DNA of 64,000 nucleotides from an uncultured Acidobacteriota bacterium. GTDB taxonomy: Bacteria > Acidobacteriota > Thermoanaerobaculia > Multivoradales > UBA5704. The stretch covers positions 3,712,001-3,776,000 of the forward strand of contig CAVYRF010000002.1 in NCBI GenBank assembly GCA_963770895.1, read 5' to 3'. Position numbers and translations under genes: made by a program. Numbering within the stretch: position 1 is the first letter of the stretch; every line of letters starts with the position of its first letter. This document shows, in pieces, positions 55,138-64,000 of this stretch. The notes under the pieces are model-generated. The model saw nothing but the letters and a program-made list of their open reading frames with translations. It had not been told where the DNA came from and did not search any database.

Positions 55138-57000
55138 ATGAAACGCTCTCCTCGCATGACGATTCAGCAGGCGACCAAGGACTACGAGGCGTGGCTTGCC
55201 GGGCAGCTCGAGATCGTGCCCGCCGACCTGGCGCTCAAGCACGAGCGCATGCGCGCCGCCGTGTTCCCGTTCCTGCGCGCCACCTACTATCGCTGGGCGC
55301 AGCTCTACCCCGAGCACTGCCACGACCTGTGCAGCGCGCCGCAGGTGCTGGCCGTGGGGGATCTCCACGTCGAGAACTTTGGCACCTGGCGCGATGCCGA
55401 AGGGCGCCTGGTGTGGGGCATCAACGACTTCGACGAGACCTGCACGCTCCCCTATACCCACGACCTGGTGCGGCTGGCGACCAGCGCCCACCTGGCGGTC
55501 CAGGACGGCCACCTGGAGGTGTCGCGCAAAGAGGCGTGCGACTCCCTGCTGGCCGGCTACCGCGAAGGGCTGGAGGCGGGCGGCAGGCCGTTCGTGCTGG
55601 CCGAGCATTCGCACGCGTTGCGGGACATGGCGCTGGCGCGGCTGCGCGAGCCGGCGCAGTACTGGGAGAAGCTGGAATCCCTGTCGACCTACAGGGAGGT
55701 CGTCCCCTCGCGGGTGGTCAAGGCGCTGTCGGCGCTGCTGCCGCGGCCCGATCTGCCGCGCCGCGTGGTCCACCGCGTGGCCGGGCTGGGCAGCCTCGGC
55801 CGCCAGCGCTTCGTCGCCCTGGCGGACTGGCACGGAGGCAAGATTGCGCGCGAAGCCAAGGCGCTGGCGCAGTCGGCGGCGATCTGGGCCCACGGCGGCC
55901 AGGGCTCGAGCAAGGTGCTGTACCAGACCATTCTCGACCAGTCCGTGCGCAGCATCGATCCGTGGGTGCGGGTGAAGCGCCGCTGGATCGTGCGACGCCT
56001 GGCGCCCGACTGCTCGCGCATCGAGCTGGCAGACCTGCCGCTGCAGCGCGAAGAGACCCGGCTGCTGCGCGCCATGGGCTGGGAGACCGCCAACGTCCAC
56101 CTGGGCAGCCGCACGGCGCACGCCCTGCTGGTGGACCTGGCGGCGCGCGAAACCGGTTGGCTGCACCAGGCCGCGTCGGTGATGCTGGCCGCGGTACAGA
56201 CCGATTGGGAAGCCTGGAGCAAGGACCCCGTGCCGCACGACAAGAGCGAAGCCGCCGTACGCCCGCGGCGGGTGGAAGCGGGTGCCGCGGCGGCGGCGGC
56301 GGCCGACGGCGACAGCGATGACCCGTTGCTGGCCGATCAAGCCCCGACCAGCGCCAAAAGCGCCGGCCAGAGGGAAAAGGGCGCCAAGGTAAAGAGCGAC
56401 AAGACCGCCAAGACCGACAAGGTCAAGACCGGCAGGGGCAACAAGGGCGCAGTCAACGCGAAGGGCGCGAAGCCCGGCAAGTCGGCCAAGGTCGCCAAGG
56501 ACGGGAAGGCGGAGAAGACCGGCAAGGCAGGCAAGGGCGACAAAACGGCAAAGGCCGTAGCGGACAAGAAGCCGGCCAAGGCTTCCAAGAGCACCAAGGC
56601 GTCCAAGCGATCCAAAGTCGCCAAGGCATCCAATCCGGCAAAGGCGCCCAAGGTTGCAAAGGCAGCAAAGAGCGGCAAGGCGGTCAATGTTGCCAAACCG
56701 TCCAAAGCCGCCAAGTCGCCCAACGGCAAGCCTGGCAAAGCAGCCAAGGGCGTCGCCAAGCCCGGCAAGGCGGCCAAGGTCGTCACCGACGGCGGCAGCA
56801 CGTCGTCGCAGGTCGCCTCCGGCAAAGCGGCAGCCGGAACCAAGGCCGGCAAGAGCCGGCAAGCTGCCAAGAGCAAAGGGCTGGCCAGTGCAGCCAAGGA
56901 AGGCCGACGCCTCAAGCCGGCCGGCAAGGCCCCGGCGGAGGAGCCGGCCGCGCAGGTTGCCGCGAACAACCAACCTGGCGATGACCCGCAGGCCAGCTAA
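55138..57000 (+). CDS. DUF2252 (kinase-like) protein with Lys/Ala-rich histone H1-like C-terminal tail
   Basis: FPFLRATYYRW, GDLHVENFG, WGINDFDE, RVAGLGSLG, REAK; about 200 C-terminal residues rich in K/A/G/P; GGAG before ATG 55138. Confidence 0.85.
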   Translation: MKRSPRMTIQQATKDYEAWLAGQLEIVPADLALKHERMRAAVFPFLRATYYRWAQLYPEHCHDLCSAPQVLAVGDLHVENFGTWRDAEGRLVWGINDFDETCTLPYTHDLVRLATSAHLAVQDGHLEVSRKEACDSLLAGYREGLEAGGRPFVLAEHSHALRDMALARLREPAQYWEKLESLSTYREVVPSRVVKALSALLPRPDLPRRVVHRVAGLGSLGRQRFVALADWHGGKIAREAKALAQSAAIWAHGGQGSSKVLYQTILDQSVRSIDPWVRVKRRWIVRRLAPDCSRIELADLPLQREETRLLRAMGWETANVHLGSRTAHALLVDLAARETGWLHQAASVMLAAVQTDWEAWSKDPVPHDKSEAAVRPRRVEAGAAAAAAADGDSDDPLLADQAPTSAKSAGQREKGAKVKSDKTAKTDKVKTGRGNKGAVNAKGAKPGKSAKVAKDGKAEKTGKAGKGDKTAKAVADKKPAKASKSTKASKRSKVAKASNPAKAPKVAKAAKSGKAVNVAKPSKAAKSPNGKPGKAAKGVAKPGKAAKVVTDGGSTSSQVASGKAAAGTKAGKSRQAAKSKGLASAAKEGRRLKPAGKAPAEEPAAQVAANNQPGDDPQAS

Positions 57001-57095
57001 AAGCGGCCGGATTCCATAGGAAAGGGCGGTTGCTGGCGCGATGGCCGTGGGTCAGGTAGCCCGCCGGGGGGCGCCTGAAGGCGGTGCGAATCCTG

Positions 57096-58076
57096 CTAGG
57101 AGGGGCCGCCGCGATGGCCGATGAGGGAGCTGTAGGTGCGCAGGTGGCGGAAGGCGGCCGGCTTGTCGCCCAGCTGTTCGTAGAGGCCGCTGAGGTTGAA
57201 GTGGGCGTCGGCCAGGCGCGGGTCCAGCTGGATTGCTTGTAGATAGGCGGCGACCGCCTGCTCCAGGTGGCGCTGGTCTTCCAGGGCGACACCCAGGTTG
57301 TAAGCGGCGAGCGGGTCGGTTGGCCGGGCCGCCAGGGCCAGGCGGTAGTGGATCTCGGCGGCGGTCGGGTCGCCGGCTTCGTGCAGGAGGCGGCCGAGGT
57401 TCAGATGGGCGTCGGCCAGGTCGCGGTCCAGGTCGAGCGCGCGCCGGTAGGACGCCGTGGCCGCGGCGGGATCGTCGTCTTCCAGCTGGACTCCCAGCTC
57501 GTACCATTCGGCGGCGGTCTGGGGGGCCGGCCAGGGGGTGGCCGGGCCGGCACCTGCCGCGGAGGCGGCGCTCTCCCCGTCGCCGGTGACGGCCGACGCG
57601 ACGCCCAGCGAACGGGCGCGGGAGGCCGCGGGCGAGGAGCGGGTGGTGTTGGGAATGAACGCGCCCGAGGTTCCTTCGCGCAGGCCCGCCCCATCGCGTT
57701 CCAGCTCGACCGCTTCGAAGTCCAGCAGGGTCTGTCCCGATTCGGGTTGCCAGGCATCGCCGCCGTCGCGCGCCACCACGGTGCCGCCCTGGGCCGAGAT
57801 GCGCACGCCGGTGAGCGGCCGCCCCTGCGGCAGCTGCACGTGCAGGCGCTGCAGCACGGCGCCAATCCGTCGCCGCGGGATGTGGGCCGCGAGCAGCGAC
57901 TTGGCGGTGCGCAGCAGCACCAGGTCCTGAAACGAAAACACCATCTCGCCGTGCGGCCCGGTCTGGGGAGTCACAAACCCGGCCCGCACACACGCGCGCA
58001 CCTGCACTGGCGACAGACCGAGCAGCGATGCTACCTCGCGAGTCGAATAGCCAGCGCGACGCAAAAGAGGATCCAT
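57096..58076 (-). CDS. MerR-like HTH + TPR-repeat protein
   Basis: YSTREVASLLGLS...FSFQDLVLLR N-terminus; WQPESGQ.LLDF; TPRs DAHLNLGRLL, AAYNLGVALED, DAHFNLSGLYE; start chosen by TAGAAT at 58090-58085. Confidence 0.82.
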   Translation of the reverse strand: MDPLLRRAGYSTREVASLLGLSPVQVRACVRAGFVTPQTGPHGEMVFSFQDLVLLRTAKSLLAAHIPRRRIGAVLQRLHVQLPQGRPLTGVRISAQGGTVVARDGGDAWQPESGQTLLDFEAVELERDGAGLREGTSGAFIPNTTRSSPAASRARSLGVASAVTGDGESAASAAGAGPATPWPAPQTAAEWYELGVQLEDDDPAAATASYRRALDLDRDLADAHLNLGRLLHEAGDPTAAEIHYRLALAARPTDPLAAYNLGVALEDQRHLEQAVAAYLQAIQLDPRLADAHFNLSGLYEQLGDKPAAFRHLRTYSSLIGHRGGPS

Positions 58077-58233
58077 CAACCACGATTCTACTCTTCCGCC
58101 ACAAAGAAGGCTCCCGCGGGATCTGTGTCCTCCTGAAGAAAGCAGCCGGACAACCTCGAACATAGAGCCCAAACGCCACGCCGCCTGCGCCTCCGAGGGC
58201 GAGTCAGGCGGTGTCGAGCGATCCCACGTGGGG

Positions 58234-59316
58234 CTAGGTTTTGGAGTCTTTGCGGCGGGGTTGCATGGGGGCGACCATGCGCTCGTCGCGGAGGGAGGTG
58301 CGGGGGGAGGGCTTGGGGGGCTTGCGGCTGCTCAGGGCGGGGGCTGCCGGTTCGCTGCGCTTGGGGCGTGCGGGGGCGGCGGCGGCACGGGTGGCCTTGA
58401 CCGGCGCTTCCGCGGCGGGCTCTTGCGAGCGCGCGGCGCGGGGGGTGCGTACGGTGCCGCGCGGGCCGGCGGCGATCGGCTCGGGGGTGGCTGGCTCCTG
58501 GGCGGCTGCCGGGCGGCTGGCGGCGGTAGGCGCGGCGCCTGACGCGGCGGAAGCGAGGCTGGCCTTGAGGGCTGCCATCAGGTCGATGATCTGCGCCTTG
58601 GGGGCTTCGATCGGAGCGGCGGTGATGTCCTGTCCCGCGACCTTCTTTTCGATCAGGTCGAGCGTCTGCTGGCGGACCTCATCTTCGTAGGCATCGGGCT
58701 TGAAGCGATCGGTGGCGATCTGATCGATGATCTGTTTGGCTAGTTTGAGCTCGGGTTCGCGCACTTCGGCATCGCCCAGGGGCACTTCGGAGAAGGGCTT
58801 CAGCTCGTCGTGATAGCGCAGCTGCTGCATGATCAAGCCTTCTTCGAAGGGGCGCAGCAGCACCAGGTAATCCTTGCCGCGCGCGGCGTAGCGCGCCAGG
58901 GCGGCACGCGATGTCTGCTTCATCGCTTCGGCGAGCAGCCGGTAGGGGCGCTCTCCCCCCTTGTCGGGACCCAGGTAGTACGACTTTTCGAAATAGATCG
59001 GGTCGACCTGTTCGAGCGGCACGAATTCGGCGATGTTGATCGCGTTGGTCGCTTCGCGGGTGAGCGCTTTTAGTTCGTCCTCGGAGAAGAGCACGTATTG
59101 GCCCTTGGTGTATTCGTAACCCTTCACCATTTCGTCTCTGCCCACGACCTCATCGTCGACGGGGCACACGTACTGTTGCTTGAGACGCGAACCGCACTTG
59201 CGGTGCAGCATGTTCAGCTGCAAGCCGGTGGTTGCATCGCCAGTCGAATAGAGCTTTACTGGGATGGTGACCAAGCCGAAAGAAACCATTCCGGAGGCGA
59301 AGGGTCGAATGCTCAT
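58234..59316 (-). CDS. ku: NHEJ DNA end-binding protein Ku
   Basis: SFGLVTIPVKLY, KGYEY.KGQYV, VDPIYFEKSYYLGP, Y.LL.EAM, IIDLMAALKASL, basic/Pro-rich tail. Confidence 0.95.
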   Translation of the reverse strand: MSIRPFASGMVSFGLVTIPVKLYSTGDATTGLQLNMLHRKCGSRLKQQYVCPVDDEVVGRDEMVKGYEYTKGQYVLFSEDELKALTREATNAINIAEFVPLEQVDPIYFEKSYYLGPDKGGERPYRLLAEAMKQTSRAALARYAARGKDYLVLLRPFEEGLIMQQLRYHDELKPFSEVPLGDAEVREPELKLAKQIIDQIATDRFKPDAYEDEVRQQTLDLIEKKVAGQDITAAPIEAPKAQIIDLMAALKASLASAASGAAPTAASRPAAAQEPATPEPIAAGPRGTVRTPRAARSQEPAAEAPVKATRAAAAPARPKRSEPAAPALSSRKPPKPSPRTSLRDERMVAPMQPRRKDSKT

Positions 59317-59331
59317 TGTGGCATTGTAGCA
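59317..59331 (-). promoter_or_regulatory. Extended -10 promoter of ku (leaderless)
   Basis: TG-c-TACAAT (59331-59323), then 6 nt and the ATG. Confidence 0.65.
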
Positions 59332-59367
59332 TCGCTCCTACACACGACACAACAGTTGGGAACGACG

Positions 59368-60639
59368 TTGGATACGGGCGAAAAACAGCGCCAGGCCTTG
59401 CGTCGCAAGCTGGCTCGGATGGGCGCGTCGCGCGCCGCGGCGCCGATCACAAGCATCTCGCCGATGTTGGCGGAGACGCGCGCGCGGCCGTTTTCCGCCG
59501 CGGGCTGGATTTTCGAGCTGAAATATGACGGCTATCGCCTGCTGGCGGAGCGCGCCGCGGACGGCGCCGCCCGCCTGCGCTATCGCAGCGGCCGCGACGC
59601 GAGCGGCGACTTTGCCGTCCTGGCGCGGGCCGTGGCCGCCCTGCCGTTTACCTCCCTGGTGCTCGACGGCGAGGTGGTGGCGCTGGATCCCCAGGGGCGG
59701 CCCAGCTTCGGCCTGTTGCAGCAGCGCGCGGCGCCCTGGCCGCCGGCGCGGCGGCGGCGCGTTCCGGCCGGTGAGCCGGGGCACCCGCGCACCGCCGGGG
59801 CAAGCGATCCCAGCTTGCCGGTTGCCGCGACGGTGGCGCCAATCGTCTTTTTCGCCTTTGACCTGCTGGCCTGCGAGGGCTACGACCTGCGCCCGCTGCC
59901 GCTCGCGGCACGCCGGGAGGCGCTCCTGGAGGTGATGGCCGCCGCCGCGGCCGGCGCGGTGCTGCGCTGCGGCGAAGCGGTGGAGCAGCGCGGCGAAGAT
60001 CTGTGGGCGGCCGTCGCTGCGTTAGGGCTGGAGGGTATTGTCGCCAAGCGCGCCGCATCGCCATACCGCGCCGGCCGATCGGCCGATTGGCTGAAGGTGC
60101 GCGCCGATCGCGTCGGCGACTTCGCCATCGTCGGCTACGGGCTGGCTTCGCCGGGCACCCTGGCCAGCGCCGCATCGGCACCGGCCAGGGCCGTCTCGGC
60201 CGCGGCAGGTACAGGCGCCTCGCCGGCGACGGCCAGGACCGCCGCGGGTGCAGCGGGAAGCGGTGCCTGGCGCCTGGCGGCTGACTTGCGCCGGCTTCAC
60301 CTGGCGGTTTGGAGTGATGGCGGCTATCGCTATGTCGGCAGCGTCGGCAGCGGCCTTGCCGAGCAGAGCCGCGACCAGTTGGGCGCCCACCTGGCCGCCG
60401 CCAAACCGCCGCCGGCGTCGCGGCCCGGCAGACCGTGGCTGCAGGGGGCGCCGCGCCCCGACGCCCGGTCCGTCTGGGTCGCTCCCGAGTTGGTGTGCGA
60501 AGTCCGCTACAAGGAGTGGACGTCCGCCGGCAACCTGCGCCAGCCGGTCTACCTGCGGCTGCGCGGCGACAAGCGCCCGCGGGAGTGCGCCGCGCCCGTC
60601 CCCGCCGGCGACCTGGACGGCTCCGGCGGACCCGGCTGA
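59368..60639 (+). CDS. ligD: ATP-dependent DNA ligase (LigD-type ligase domain only)
   Basis: SPMLA, motif I ELKYDGYR, LDGEVV, FDLL, EGIVAKR..SPYRAGRS.DWLK, YVGSVGSG, LRQPVYLRLRGDK; start uncertain (TTG 59368 or ATG 59419). Confidence 0.88.
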   Translation: MDTGEKQRQALRRKLARMGASRAAAPITSISPMLAETRARPFSAAGWIFELKYDGYRLLAERAADGAARLRYRSGRDASGDFAVLARAVAALPFTSLVLDGEVVALDPQGRPSFGLLQQRAAPWPPARRRRVPAGEPGHPRTAGASDPSLPVAATVAPIVFFAFDLLACEGYDLRPLPLAARREALLEVMAAAAAGAVLRCGEAVEQRGEDLWAAVAALGLEGIVAKRAASPYRAGRSADWLKVRADRVGDFAIVGYGLASPGTLASAASAPARAVSAAAGTGASPATARTAAGAAGSGAWRLAADLRRLHLAVWSDGGYRYVGSVGSGLAEQSRDQLGAHLAAAKPPPASRPGRPWLQGAPRPDARSVWVAPELVCEVRYKEWTSAGNLRQPVYLRLRGDKRPRECAAPVPAGDLDGSGGPG

Positions 60640-60751
60640 CGCCGACAGCCTTGGCCGGGGTCGACGCCGATCCCCCTTCGGCCAGGGCGGGCCAGATCGG
60701 GATGACCGGCTGGCTTGCGGCGCGGGCGATGAGGTTGCCGCCGGCGCGGCG

Positions 60752-62413
60752 TCAGCTCTTGTTGTCGGGCCAGATGACCAGATACCAGGGTTTGAGGACC
60801 TGGGTGGCGCTGTAAGGGGTGCGCTCCAGCCCTTCCGCCAGCTGTCGTAGATGCAGCAGGCGGTTGGCGTTGGCGAGGTCGGCATCGTCGTCGGTGGACC
60901 AGGTGGAGGCCCAGGCTGGCAGGCGCAGGCTGGCCGGATCGAGACGCGCTTCGACGCGCAGCAGGGTGAGCGGCAGGTAGTTGCCCACCCGGCTCCAGCG
61001 GACGCTGAGATGGCCGGCGGCGGCCGCGGCCGTTGCCGTGGCGGCGGTTGCGGTGGTGGCGGGCGGGTCAGGGTCCGCCCGTCGCGGCGACGCGGCGACG
61101 GCGGCATAGACCAGCGGTTCGCTCACGGTGTCGGCGACAGTGCCGTCGAACTGGAGGCGCTTGAGCTGGAATCCCGGCGGCGGCCAGGCGAGCGTCTGCG
61201 GCGGCGCATACCACGACGGCGGCCGTGCGATCTCGTGGATGGAGAGGCGCTGCAGGACCTGGGTGGAGTTGCTGCCGGTGCTGCCGAACATGGCGGCTCC
61301 GGCGGGGGTGAGCTCGACGCTGGCGGTGAGCCGTACGGCGCCCGGCAGCGGCGGGTCGACGTCCTGACGGCCGTAACGCAGGATCTGGACGTCCTCGCGC
61401 AGCGGCTGGCCGTTGAAGTCGAGCTGCCGCGCGTCGCCGCTTGCCAGGGTCAGGGGATTGGCCTGGGGCGCCGCCCCGCCACCGGCGGCGTGGATCGAAT
61501 AGCCGGCGGTATCGAGCCCGAGCTTGACGTCCTTGATCAGCGGCAGGGTCAACGGCAGCTCGTGGATCAACAGCGGATCGATGCCGGTCGCCTCCATGGC
61601 TTCGCGCACCTTGTTCACCAGGCCCTCCATCTGGCCGCGGTCCTCGGTGAAGACGAACAGCAGGAACGGCCGCAAGCGGTCTGGTGCGGCGGGGTCGACC
61701 GCGCGGTAGAAGCCGACCGCGCCGCCGTCGCGCACCGAGTAGACCGGTCCGGCAAAGCGGCTGCGGATGGCGAAGACGTGAGCGCCCCAGCCGCGGTCGA
61801 TCAGGCTGCCGATGGCGGACTGGACGCAGCGCGCGCCGGCGGCTCCGGCGCAGTGCGCATCGTTTGCCGAGCGCGGCAGGCCGTGCATGCCGTCGGTGAC
61901 GAAAAGGTCGACATGGCGGCCGCCGTTGGGCGCCGCGGCGGCGGCGAACGAGCGGATGGTGGCGGCGACGTCGCTGCGCGGCGCCCGGTCGTAAAAAGCC
62001 GCCGAGCTGGATGCCGCGAGCAGCGCCTGGGCCGCGGGTAGCTCCTCGATCGCGGTATCGACACGGCGCACGGTCAGCGGCTGCGCGGCGTCCAGCTGGT
62101 CGGCCACGCCCTCCAGCGCGCGCAGGGCGCGCGAGTACTCGAAGGCGCCCGCCGCATCGGCGAACCCCCGCATGCTTGCGCTCGCATCCAGGTAGAGCAC
62201 GGGCGCGCCATCGGCGGAACGGGCCGGGGAAGAGTAGAAGGACGGTGGGACGACCTCCGACTCCTGGATCCATTCCATCAACGTATGGTGGGTAAAGGTG
62301 GCATCCGCGGGGGGGCGGCCGCAGTACCCGCAACTCGCCGCCATCAACGCGAGCGCGATCGATCCCTTGCGGATGCGCGCTGATCCCGACCGATGCGCCT
62401 CTTTGTGCTCCAT
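60752..62413 (-). CDS. Hypothetical exported/lipoprotein with vWA-like MIDAS motifs
   Basis: Basic N-terminus, hydrophobic stretch and Cys; LYLDASASM (DxSxS) and FVTDG. Confidence 0.6.
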   Translation of the reverse strand: MEHKEAHRSGSARIRKGSIALALMAASCGYCGRPPADATFTHHTLMEWIQESEVVPPSFYSSPARSADGAPVLYLDASASMRGFADAAGAFEYSRALRALEGVADQLDAAQPLTVRRVDTAIEELPAAQALLAASSSAAFYDRAPRSDVAATIRSFAAAAAPNGGRHVDLFVTDGMHGLPRSANDAHCAGAAGARCVQSAIGSLIDRGWGAHVFAIRSRFAGPVYSVRDGGAVGFYRAVDPAAPDRLRPFLLFVFTEDRGQMEGLVNKVREAMEATGIDPLLIHELPLTLPLIKDVKLGLDTAGYSIHAAGGGAAPQANPLTLASGDARQLDFNGQPLREDVQILRYGRQDVDPPLPGAVRLTASVELTPAGAAMFGSTGSNSTQVLQRLSIHEIARPPSWYAPPQTLAWPPPGFQLKRLQFDGTVADTVSEPLVYAAVAASPRRADPDPPATTATAATATAAAAAGHLSVRWSRVGNYLPLTLLRVEARLDPASLRLPAWASTWSTDDDADLANANRLLHLRQLAEGLERTPYSATQVLKPWYLVIWPDNKS

Positions 62414-62597
62414 GGTTTTCTCTTTGCGGAATCAAAGCTCCAGCCTGTCGAACCGCCACCGGCCCCGCCGGGCGGCGATCTGCGGAGCCGCTCACTCACT
62501 AAAAGACGCGAGGCAGGGGCGGCGAAAGGCTCAGGCCCCGGGCGGCGGCATGATCGATGCGCCGGACGCCGGCGCTGGGAGTAGAATTAAATGCGGA

Positions 62598-63164
62598 ATG
62601 TCTCTGCCACCAAGTGAGGTGACGCGGCTCCTCAAGGAATGGAGCGAAGGCGACCCCTCCGCCTTGGACGCACTGGTGCCCCTGGTCCTTGACGACCTGC
62701 GCAGCCTGGCGCGCAAGCAGTTTCGCTGGGAGCGCGCCGACCACACACTGCAGCCGACGGCGCTGATCAACGAGGTGTACATGCGCCTGGGCGGCCAGCG
62801 CCACGTGCAGTGGGACGGGCGCGGCCAGTTCTTCGCCTTCGCCGCGACCCTGATGCGCCGCATCCTGGTCGATCATGCCAAGGCCAAACGCACGGTCAAG
62901 CGCGGTCTGGGGATGCCCGCGCTGTCGCTGGACGAAGCGATCGCGGTGCCTGGTGAAGACAAAGTGGACCTCAGCGCTCTGGACCAGGCCTTGAGCCGCC
63001 TGGCGCGGTTCGACCCCCGGCTGAGCCAGCTGGTCGAGCTGCGGTTTTTCGTCGGTCTGACCAACGAGGAGATCGCCGACGTGCTCGAAATCTCGGTCTC
63101 TACGGTCAAACGCGAATGGCAGATCGCCAAGACCTGGCTTTACAACGAAATGAACCGCACCTGA
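62598..63164 (+). CDS. ECF sigma factor, kinase-associated (TIGR02999-like)
   Basis: EVTRLL.EWS.GD, DHTLQPTALINEVY, MRRILVDHA, VELRFFVGL..EEIA, TVKREW..AKTWL; TAGAAT at 62582. Confidence 0.92.
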   Translation: MSLPPSEVTRLLKEWSEGDPSALDALVPLVLDDLRSLARKQFRWERADHTLQPTALINEVYMRLGGQRHVQWDGRGQFFAFAATLMRRILVDHAKAKRTVKRGLGMPALSLDEAIAVPGEDKVDLSALDQALSRLARFDPRLSQLVELRFFVGLTNEEIADVLEISVSTVKREWQIAKTWLYNEMNRT

Positions 63165-63301
63165 CGATCGCGGCGCCGGGGCGCCGCCTTGGGGCCGAGC
63201 CCGGAGCGCCCGGTTCCTCGCGTCGGATGGAGAGGGGTAGTGGCCTGTAGTCATACCTCCCACTGCCGCGACGGCAGTTCTTGCCAGGATGTGAGGATAC
63301 G

Positions 63302-64000
63302 GTGACGCCGGAGCGCTGGCAGCGCGTCAAGGTTCTGTTTGCCGCGGCGCAGGAGCTGGAACTGGGGGAGCGGGAGACCTTCGTCGTCAACGCCAGCGAC
63401 GGCGATCTCTCGGTCAGCCGCGAGGTGCTGGACCTGCTGGCCGCCGCCACCGCGGTCGAGGCGCGCGACTTCATCGAGGAGCCCCCTCTTGGCCTGCTCG
63501 CGGCGGGCGGCGGCGCGCTGGCGCACGGTTACCGCCTGGGTTCCTATCGCATCGATCGCGAGCTCGGCAGGGGTGGGATGGGTGCGGTCTACCTGGCCCT
63601 GCGCGCCGACGACGAGTACGACAAGCAGGTTGCGATAAAAATACTGCGCTGGGGTATCAGCAGCGAAGATCTCGTGCAGCGCTTTCGCCAAGAGCGGCAG
63701 ATCCTTGCCAGTCTGGAACACCCCAACATTGCGGCGCTGCTCGACGGCGGCACCGCCAGCGGCGGGCTGTCCTATTTCGTCATGGAGTACATCGACGGCG
63801 TGCCCATCGACGAGTACTGCAGCGCGCACCACCTGCCGCAGCGCACCCGCCTGGAGCTGGTCCGCGTGGTGTGCGCGGCGGTGCACGTGGCACATCGCAG
63901 CCTGATCGTGCATCGCGATCTGAAACCGGCAAACATCCTGGTGACCGCTGATGGCGTGCCGAAGCTGCTCGACTTCGGGATCGCCAAGCTGCTGCAGGTT
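63302..64000 (+). CDS. Hanks-type Ser/Thr protein kinase, 3'-truncated
   Basis: GTG start (VTPERWQRVK) after GAGGA; LGRGGMGAVY, VAIK, HPNIA.LLDGG, HRDLKPANIL, KLLDFGIAK; absent from the ORF track because it runs off the window. Confidence 0.93.
   Translation, partial: MTPERWQRVKVLFAAAQELELGERETFVVNASDGDLSVSREVLDLLAAATAVEARDFIEEPPLGLLAAGGGALAHGYRLGSYRIDRELGRGGMGAVYLALRADDEYDKQVAIKILRWGISSEDLVQRFRQERQILASLEHPNIAALLDGGTASGGLSYFVMEYIDGVPIDEYCSAHHLPQRTRLELVRVVCAAVHVAHRSLIVHRDLKPANILVTADGVPKLLDFGIAKLLQV

Noticed and set aside
1-64000. tRNA/rRNA genes, transposases, integrases, phage genes
   Set aside because: No recognisable signatures by eye; a covariance-model scan would be needed to exclude small ncRNAs

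Overview
High-GC bacterial DNA, most likely Acidobacteriota (Thermoanaerobaculia-like). This is inferred from a duplicated orphan ABC permease, an ECF sigma factor/Ser-Thr kinase pair and KxxLSRETL-leader peptides. Positions 1-35 kb hold the 3' part of a translationally coupled hybrid NRPS/PKS lipopeptide cluster: [..A-T-TE], [ACP-C-A-T-C-A-T-C-betaHydroxylase], [Interface-A(Glu code)-T], [KS-AT-KR(DH inserted)-ACP-C-A-T-C-A-T-KS-AT(deleted)-ACP], then a duplicated FtsX/MacB permease. Positions 35-64 kb are mixed accessory and housekeeping genes. They include a Tat-exported GH127, qor, three paralogous TPR proteins (two with a Zn-finger-like N-terminus), a small secreted peptide ending DAGPALDPNGG, an SGNH hydrolase, an orphan Cys/Thr-rich RiPP precursor and vapBC. 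Further on are a RidA-family protein, egtB between two DUF427 genes, a ComEA-like protein, czcD, a GATase + PGM1-like ATP-grasp pair, DUF2252 with a histone-like tail, an NHEJ locus (ku, ligase, HTH-TPR) and an ECF sigma factor with a kinase. Best novelty candidates: (i) a TPR receptor plus secreted propeptide pair resembling RRNPP/arbitrium signalling in a diderm bacterium, and (ii) an integrated beta-hydroxylase/interface module with a Glu code feeding a KR/DH PKS module. All family and substrate calls are by motif recognition; no searches were run.
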